Source: Candidatus Krumholzibacteriia bacterium
GTDB taxonomy: Bacteria > Krumholzibacteriota > Krumholzibacteriia > WVZY01
Direction: 5' to 3'
NCBI GenBank assembly: GCA_029863805.1
Contig: JAOTUR010000001.1
Coordinates: forward strand, 1 to 63,358
DNA: 63,358 nucleotides
Both the position numbers and the translations under genes were made by a program. The notes beneath the pieces are model-generated. The model had not been told where the DNA came from, ran no database searches, and saw only the letters and a program-made list of their open reading frames with translations. This document shows positions 59,032-63,358 of this stretch, in pieces; position 1 is the first letter of the stretch; every line of letters begins with the position of its first letter.

Positions 59032-60066
59032 TCAACCACGTCGGCCATTTCGCAGGGCGTCCGTTACCCTTCTCAGCTCGTCGAGCACGCGAAGCGCACG
59101 GCCAGAATCAATCGTCTCCTGAGCTATCGCGGCACCCTGAACCAGGTTTCTAGCTTTGTCGGTAAGTACCGCAACGAAGGCTGCGTTGAGCACTACCACG
59201 TCCCTTCTCGGCCCCTTTTTTCCACCCAGTATGTCGCGAATATGTCCCGCGTTCTCCGCCGCGTCGCCACCGGACAGCTCGGTGATATCCGCCCGTTCGA
59301 GCTCGGCATCTTCCGGTGTAAATGTCATCGTGTGCACGTGGCCATTCTCTAGAAGACTGACCGTGGTGTCTCCGCTAAGCGACACCTCATCGGTGCCGTC
59401 ACGTCCGTGAACGACAAAAACCTTCTCCGAACCGAGAGATCGCAACACCTTGGCCACCACCTCGGTCAGGTCCTCGCGGAACACACCAATCAGTTGCCGC
59501 TTTACGCCCGCCGGGTTTGCCAAGGGGCCCAGGAGATTAAAGACGGTGCGAATACCCAGGTCGCGTCTCACCGGCGCCACGTGCTTCATGGCCGGGTGAT
59601 GATGTGGAGCGAAAAGGAAACCAATGCCCACCCCATCGATCAGCTGTGCGACCGCCTCCGGCTCGATGTCGACCGATATTTGCAGAGCCTCGAGCACATC
59701 CGCGCTGCCACAGCTCGATGAGACCGCGCGGTTGCCGTGTTTGGCCACCGGCACCCCCATGCCGGCGGCAACCAGCGCTGTGGCGGTGGAGATATTGAAG
59801 GTGTGTTGGGCGTCTCCACCGGTGCCACAGGTATCGATCACGCCATTGCGGCGTGGCAACACATGGACTGACCGTGCACGCATTGCGGACACAAAACCGG
59901 TGATCTCATCCACGGACTCGCCCTTTACTCGCAGCGCCGTCAGTATTGCAGCCAACCGTGTCGGACTGATGTCACCGGACATCATAGACACCATGAGCGA
60001 CTCCGCCTCCGCCCGCGTTAAGTCTTGTCTATCAACGAGCTTTGCAAGCAAAGCTTTTGTCGTCAT
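59032..60066 (-). CDS. trpD: anthranilate phosphoribosyltransferase
   Basis: 'DTCGTGGD', 'FNISTA' and 'KHGNRAVSSSCGSADVLEAL' are present. Confidence 0.95.
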   Translation of the reverse strand: MTTKALLAKLVDRQDLTRAEAESLMVSMMSGDISPTRLAAILTALRVKGESVDEITGFVSAMRARSVHVLPRRNGVIDTCGTGGDAQHTFNISTATALVAAGMGVPVAKHGNRAVSSSCGSADVLEALQISVDIEPEAVAQLIDGVGIGFLFAPHHHPAMKHVAPVRRDLGIRTVFNLLGPLANPAGVKRQLIGVFREDLTEVVAKVLRSLGSEKVFVVHGRDGTDEVSLSGDTTVSLLENGHVHTMTFTPEDAELERADITELSGGDAAENAGHIRDILGGKKGPRRDVVVLNAAFVAVLTDKARNLVQGAAIAQETIDSGRALRVLDELRRVTDALRNGRRG

Positions 60067-60076
60067 CTGTAAATCC

Positions 60077-60685
60077 TCACGGTTTGATCGGCGCGGTGTA
60101 GAATGGTCCCGACATCGACGCGGATACCTGGAGAAAATTTGTCAGTAGCTTCAGACCCTCCACCGTCAGAATTGATTCGGGATGGAACTGAACTCCTTCA
60201 ACAGGTTTGCTCTTGAGTCGAACACCCATGATCTCCCCCTCGGACGTATAGGCGGACACGTCGAACTCAACGGGCACCTTTTCCTCGCGCGCGATGAGCG
60301 AGTGATAGCGCGTTGCGAGAAAAGGATTTGACAAACCTTCGTAGATCGTCTGTCCGTCGTGATAAACTTGTGACACCTTGCCGTGCATGACACGATCCGC
60401 ACGTTCGATGACGCCGCCGAAAGCGGTCACGATACATTGGTGACCCAGGCAAATCCCCAGTATGGGTGTGCTGTCGAAAAACGACCGCACGAGGTCGACG
60501 GAAATACCCGCATCTTCCGGCCTGCCCGGGCCCGGTGAGATAATTATGCTGTTGGGCTTGAGCTCCCTCGCCTTGCTGACGTCGAGGGCGTCATTTCTGA
60601 AGACCTCAAAGCTGTGCCCCAGCTGACCAAGCGCCTGCGCTATGTTGTAAGTGAATGAATCATAATTATCGATTAGAAGATGCAT
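60077..60685 (-). CDS. trpG: anthranilate synthase component II (glutamine amidotransferase)
   Basis: 'LIDNYDSFTYN', 'ILGICLGHQ' and 'VQFHPES' are present. Confidence 0.9.
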   Translation of the reverse strand: MHLLIDNYDSFTYNIAQALGQLGHSFEVFRNDALDVSKARELKPNSIIISPGPGRPEDAGISVDLVRSFFDSTPILGICLGHQCIVTAFGGVIERADRVMHGKVSQVYHDGQTIYEGLSNPFLATRYHSLIAREEKVPVEFDVSAYTSEGEIMGVRLKSKPVEGVQFHPESILTVEGLKLLTNFLQVSASMSGPFYTAPIKP

Positions 60686-60700
60686 GCCATGCGCCTTTCT

Positions 60701-62179
60701 TTATGAATCCTTCTCGGCAATCGACACGGCCCTGCGCAGCGCCTGAATCTTGTCGAGCGTTTCTTTGTACTCGGCTGCGGCATCCGAATCGGCGACTATC
60801 CCGGCGCCACCCTGAACATAATACTGATCCCCTTTCATCACGATTGTGCGAATCGTGATACACATGTCCATATCACCCTGGGCGCCAAAGTACCCCACAG
60901 CCCCGCCATAGGGGCCACGTTTCTCGCGTTCCAAATCAGCGATGATCTCCATGGCACGTATCTTCGGTGCGCCTGTGAGCGTACCTGCTGGGAACGCCGA
61001 CCTGAGAAGATCGAACATGTCCAGATCACTCTTCAAAACACCCTTCACCCGCGACACCAGATGCATCACGTGTGAGTATTTCTCAACCTGCATCAGCGAC
61101 TCCATGTTCACGCTACCCGGCTCACACACTCGCCCCAAATCATTGCGACCTAGATCGACAAGCATGACGTGCTCGGCCCGCTCCTTTTCATCCGTTTTGA
61201 GGTCCGTTTGCAGGTGTCTGTCTTGCGTCGCATCGGATCCTCGGGGACGAGTGCCAGCGATCGGGTTTAGCGTGGCCTGCCCTTTGTCAAGCTTGACCAA
61301 CATCTCGGGCGACGAGCCAATCAGCTGGAAATCACCAAAATTGATATAAAACATGTAGGGCGAAGGATTGAGAATTCTAAGCGCACGGTATATCCGAAAT
61401 GGTGATGCTTTGGTTGTGCCGGCAACTCGCTGCGACAGGACGATCTGAAAGGCGTCACCATCTAGTATATGTTCCTTGGCTTGCCCAACCAGTTGTTCGA
61501 AATGCTCTCTAGTCATGTTGAATTGCTCACTCACACGTTCGGCCTGCTCGACGGGCGCCTGTTCATCCAGGATAAGTGGGGAGTTCAACGCCTCAAACAG
61601 TGTCCGCACCTGCTTTTGAGCGCTCGCATAGGCCAGTTCGGCATCGGCGTCATTCTGTGGTATGGCGACGATTTCTATTTCGCTCTTCACGTGATCGAAA
61701 ACCACCAGCGCGGAAGGAAAGAGAAAAAAATAATCGGGCAGCCCAAGCTCATCGCGAGGCGGAGTCGGAAGCTTCTCGAAGTATTTGGCCAGATCGTACG
61801 ACATATAGCCGACGGCGCCGGCGATGGGTCCGGTAATGTCCTCGGTCCTCGGTAACGGCGATCGGCTAAGCTCCTCTCGCACAGGCGCCAAAGGATCCTT
61901 GTCGTCGAGCGACTCGGTGCGAACATCGTCACCCCTTTGCATTTGTAGCATGCCAGCCTCCAGCTTGACGGTGGCAAAGGGGGACACACCGATAAAAGAA
62001 TACCGACCGACCTGGATTCCGCGTTCCACACTTTCCAAGAGAAAGGTAGCCCCCAGCTCTCGTAACTTCAGGAACACAGAAACCGGCGTTTCCAGGTCGG
62101 CGGGCATTCTCCTGCGCAATACGGTGTATTCCCCCTGTCCCGCACTCTTCAGGAACTCTTGCAACGATGGGGTGACCAT
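60701..62179 (-). CDS. trpE: anthranilate synthase component I
   Basis: 'LLESVE…GRYSFIG', 'NPSPYMFY', 'GTLTGAPKIRAMEII' and 'GPYGGAVGYF' are present. I trimmed the start to ATG 62179 (MVTPSLQEF...), because the longer track ORF would run through the terminator. Confidence 0.9.
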   Translation of the reverse strand: MVTPSLQEFLKSAGQGEYTVLRRRMPADLETPVSVFLKLRELGATFLLESVERGIQVGRYSFIGVSPFATVKLEAGMLQMQRGDDVRTESLDDKDPLAPVREELSRSPLPRTEDITGPIAGAVGYMSYDLAKYFEKLPTPPRDELGLPDYFFLFPSALVVFDHVKSEIEIVAIPQNDADAELAYASAQKQVRTLFEALNSPLILDEQAPVEQAERVSEQFNMTREHFEQLVGQAKEHILDGDAFQIVLSQRVAGTTKASPFRIYRALRILNPSPYMFYINFGDFQLIGSSPEMLVKLDKGQATLNPIAGTRPRGSDATQDRHLQTDLKTDEKERAEHVMLVDLGRNDLGRVCEPGSVNMESLMQVEKYSHVMHLVSRVKGVLKSDLDMFDLLRSAFPAGTLTGAPKIRAMEIIADLEREKRGPYGGAVGYFGAQGDMDMCITIRTIVMKGDQYYVQGGAGIVADSDAAAEYKETLDKIQALRRAVSIAEKDS

Positions 62180-62213
62180 GACATCCCTTTCCCGGGACAC
62201 GTGCCCGTAAACG

Positions 62214-62247
62214 AAAAAACCCACTTCCTTTCTTTCCGGAAGTGGGT
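62214..62247 (-). terminator. intrinsic terminator of the trp attenuator
   Basis: On the minus-strand RNA, ACCCACUUCC (62247-62238), a 9-nt loop GGAAAGAAA and GGAAGUGGGU (62228-62219) are followed by UUUUU. This is a perfect 10-bp stem with a U-tract, about 35 nt upstream of the trpE ATG and inside a divergent intergenic region. Confidence 0.8.
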
Positions 62248-62278
62248 CGCAAACGAGTTGTTTCTTTAGAGAATACTG

Positions 62279-62386
62279 TTAAGCAGAGCCAGTCTCGATT
62301 CGCCCACATTCCGCCAGGGACAGCGTCAACGGCCACCACCAGCCGACGGTGTGCGAATAACAATTCTGCTCTGCGATGCGTTTCAT
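62279..62386 (-). CDS. trpL: trp operon leader peptide (35 aa, three consecutive Trp codons)
   Basis: I translated it by hand; it is below the 60-aa cutoff of the track. The sequence is ATG(62386) MKRIAEQNCYSHTVGWWWPLTLSLAECGRIETGSA TAA(62281-62279). TGG TGG TGG lies at 62341-62333. The ORF sits between a consensus-like promoter and the terminator. Confidence 0.8.
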   Translation of the reverse strand: MKRIAEQNCYSHTVGWWWPLTLSLAECGRIETGSA

Positions 62387-62413
62387 GTCTACTTTCAACT
62401 TTTACTTAGGGTA

Positions 62414-62442
62414 ATTGTAGAACATATACTCTGCGATGTCAA
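62414..62442 (-). promoter_or_regulatory. sigma70-type promoter for trpL and the trp/aro operon
   Basis: On the minus strand, TTGACA (62442-62437), a 17-nt spacer and TACAAT (62419-62414) lie about 28 nt upstream of the leader ATG. Confidence 0.6.
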
Positions 62443-62494
62443 GTTGCAAAAATGATAGATCGCTCTCCCTGTCGGCACGCCGTCTATTATGGCA

Positions 62495-62523
62495 TTGAAA
62501 ACTGTCTTCTTTTTTTATAAGAT
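62495..62523 (+). promoter_or_regulatory. possible promoter for the divergent dehydrogenase gene
   Basis: TTGAAA (62495-62500), 17 nt and TAAGAT (62518-62523) sit in an AT-rich stretch about 75 nt upstream of GTG 62600. The match is weak. Confidence 0.3.
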
Positions 62524-62599
62524 GCTTAACGGCATTATTACTATTTAGCAATACGAGAGAATTTAGCTGCCTGTGTCAGTTGAGAGGGGGAGGGTAAAC

Positions 62600-63358
62600 G
62601 TGTCAAACCAAGCTCTAGACAAGGCCAAGGCTCATTTTGCGGGCGTTGTAGAAGAGCAACTTGCTCGCATCGAGAGGATGAAGGCCCAAGATGAGTGGAT
62701 CGACTATGGCCAGGTCGACCCGATCAAGATCGGTATTCTTGGCGGTGATGGGATCGGACCCTACATAGCAGAGCACGCCCGAAGTGTGCTCGAGTTTCTT
62801 CTAGAGGACGAGCTCCGCAGCGGTAAGGTCGAATTCAACGTGATCGATGGTTTGACGATAGAGAACCGTGCGGAGCACAACCAGTCGGTTCCGGATGACG
62901 TCCTGGCCGAGATCAAGACTCAGCACATACTCTTAAAGGGACCGACCACGACGCCACGAAAAGGCGATCCGTGGCCCAACATCGAGTCGTGCAACGTCTC
63001 GCTTCGTCGCTACCTGGACCTTTTCGCCAATGTTCGACCGGTGAAGGTCCCCAGCGAAGGGATCGACTGGGTGTTTTTCCGCGAGAATACCGAGGGTGCA
63101 TACGTTTTGGGTAGTTCGGGCATCAATGTGACAGATGATCTGGCGGTCGACTTCACCGTTGCCACCTCGCCGGGATCCGAGCGCATCATCCGCCTGGCCT
63201 TCGAGTATGCCAAGAAGAACAACATAAAGCGCGTCACCGCGGTGACCAAAGCCAACGTGATCAAAACCACCGACGGTAAATTCCTGAGCATCGCGCAACA
63301 CGTTGCTGGAGAATATCCCGATATCGAATTCGATGACTGGTATATAGACATAATGACA
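62600..63358 (+). CDS. 3'-truncated CDS, isocitrate/isopropylmalate dehydrogenase family (NAD-IDH-like)
   Basis: It is not in the track because no stop falls before the window end. GTG 62600 follows GAGAGGGGGAGGG. My hand translation gives 'IGILGGDGIGPYI', 'LLKGPTTTP', 'SCNVSLRRYLDLFANVRP', 'FRENTEGAY' and 'VTAVTKANV…TDG', and the frame is open for all 253 codons. Confidence 0.8.
   Translation, partial: MSNQALDKAKAHFAGVVEEQLARIERMKAQDEWIDYGQVDPIKIGILGGDGIGPYIAEHARSVLEFLLEDELRSGKVEFNVIDGLTIENRAEHNQSVPDDVLAEIKTQHILLKGPTTTPRKGDPWPNIESCNVSLRRYLDLFANVRPVKVPSEGIDWVFFRENTEGAYVLGSSGINVTDDLAVDFTVATSPGSERIIRLAFEYAKKNNIKRVTAVTKANVIKTTDGKFLSIAQHVAGEYPDIEFDDWYIDIMT

Noticed and set aside
62180-62224. The longer trpE start (track 60701..62224).
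   Set aside because: It would place the initiation codon inside the terminator stem and U-tract. ATG 62179 gives a normal TrpE N-terminus.
62279-62386. A T-box riboswitch or TRAP-binding leader as the mechanism, instead of a leader peptide.
   Set aside because: The GGUGGUGGCCG stretch vaguely recalls the T-box motif, but it lies about 100 nt from the terminator and inside an ATG-to-stop ORF. I could not identify a stem I/specifier architecture or an array of (G/U)AG triplet repeats.

Overview
This is a 63.4-kb chromosomal segment from a fairly GC-rich bacterium with a Gram-negative-type envelope (lipoproteins, an outer-membrane barrel candidate, an RND pump). It is densely coding, with about 55 CDS. 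I saw no rRNA or tRNA genes, no CRISPR array, and no transposase, integrase or phage genes. The plus-strand-rich left half carries K+ homeostasis genes (trkA-trkH plus a CPA1/RCK antiporter), malic enzyme, dodecin, YajQ, an iodotyrosine-deiodinase-like nitroreductase, MFS and RND efflux genes, msrB, two cytoplasmic sensor kinases with a NarL-type regulator, egtB-egtD (ergothioneine), several secreted proteases and an LVIVD propeller. The right end (48.6-62.4 kb, minus strand) is one contiguous aromatic super-operon: trp leader, trpEGDCFBA, DAHP synthase, aroA, aroE, aroC, an aroK/aroB fusion and aroQ. Four observations stand out. (1) A secreted DUF3179 gene is interrupted only by one in-frame TGA. 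That TGA sits at the position where a paralog 1.6 kb away has Cys, and a hairpin follows it, so this is either a candidate new selenoprotein or a very recent pseudogene. (2) An untracked 35-codon leader ORF with three consecutive Trp codons lies upstream of trpE, together with an antiterminator, the cleanest hairpin-plus-U-tract terminator I found in the window, and a near-consensus promoter. (3) A 0.9-kb gene-free gap (21674-22596) contains a branched 13-bp plus 12-bp hairpin that ends in a U-tract, which may mark an ncRNA or small-gene 3' end. (4) An adenylate kinase paralog has a signal-peptide-like N-terminus and is translationally coupled to a giant exported PD40/M28/PDZ protease. All family assignments come from recognising motifs by eye, and no searches or folding programs were run.
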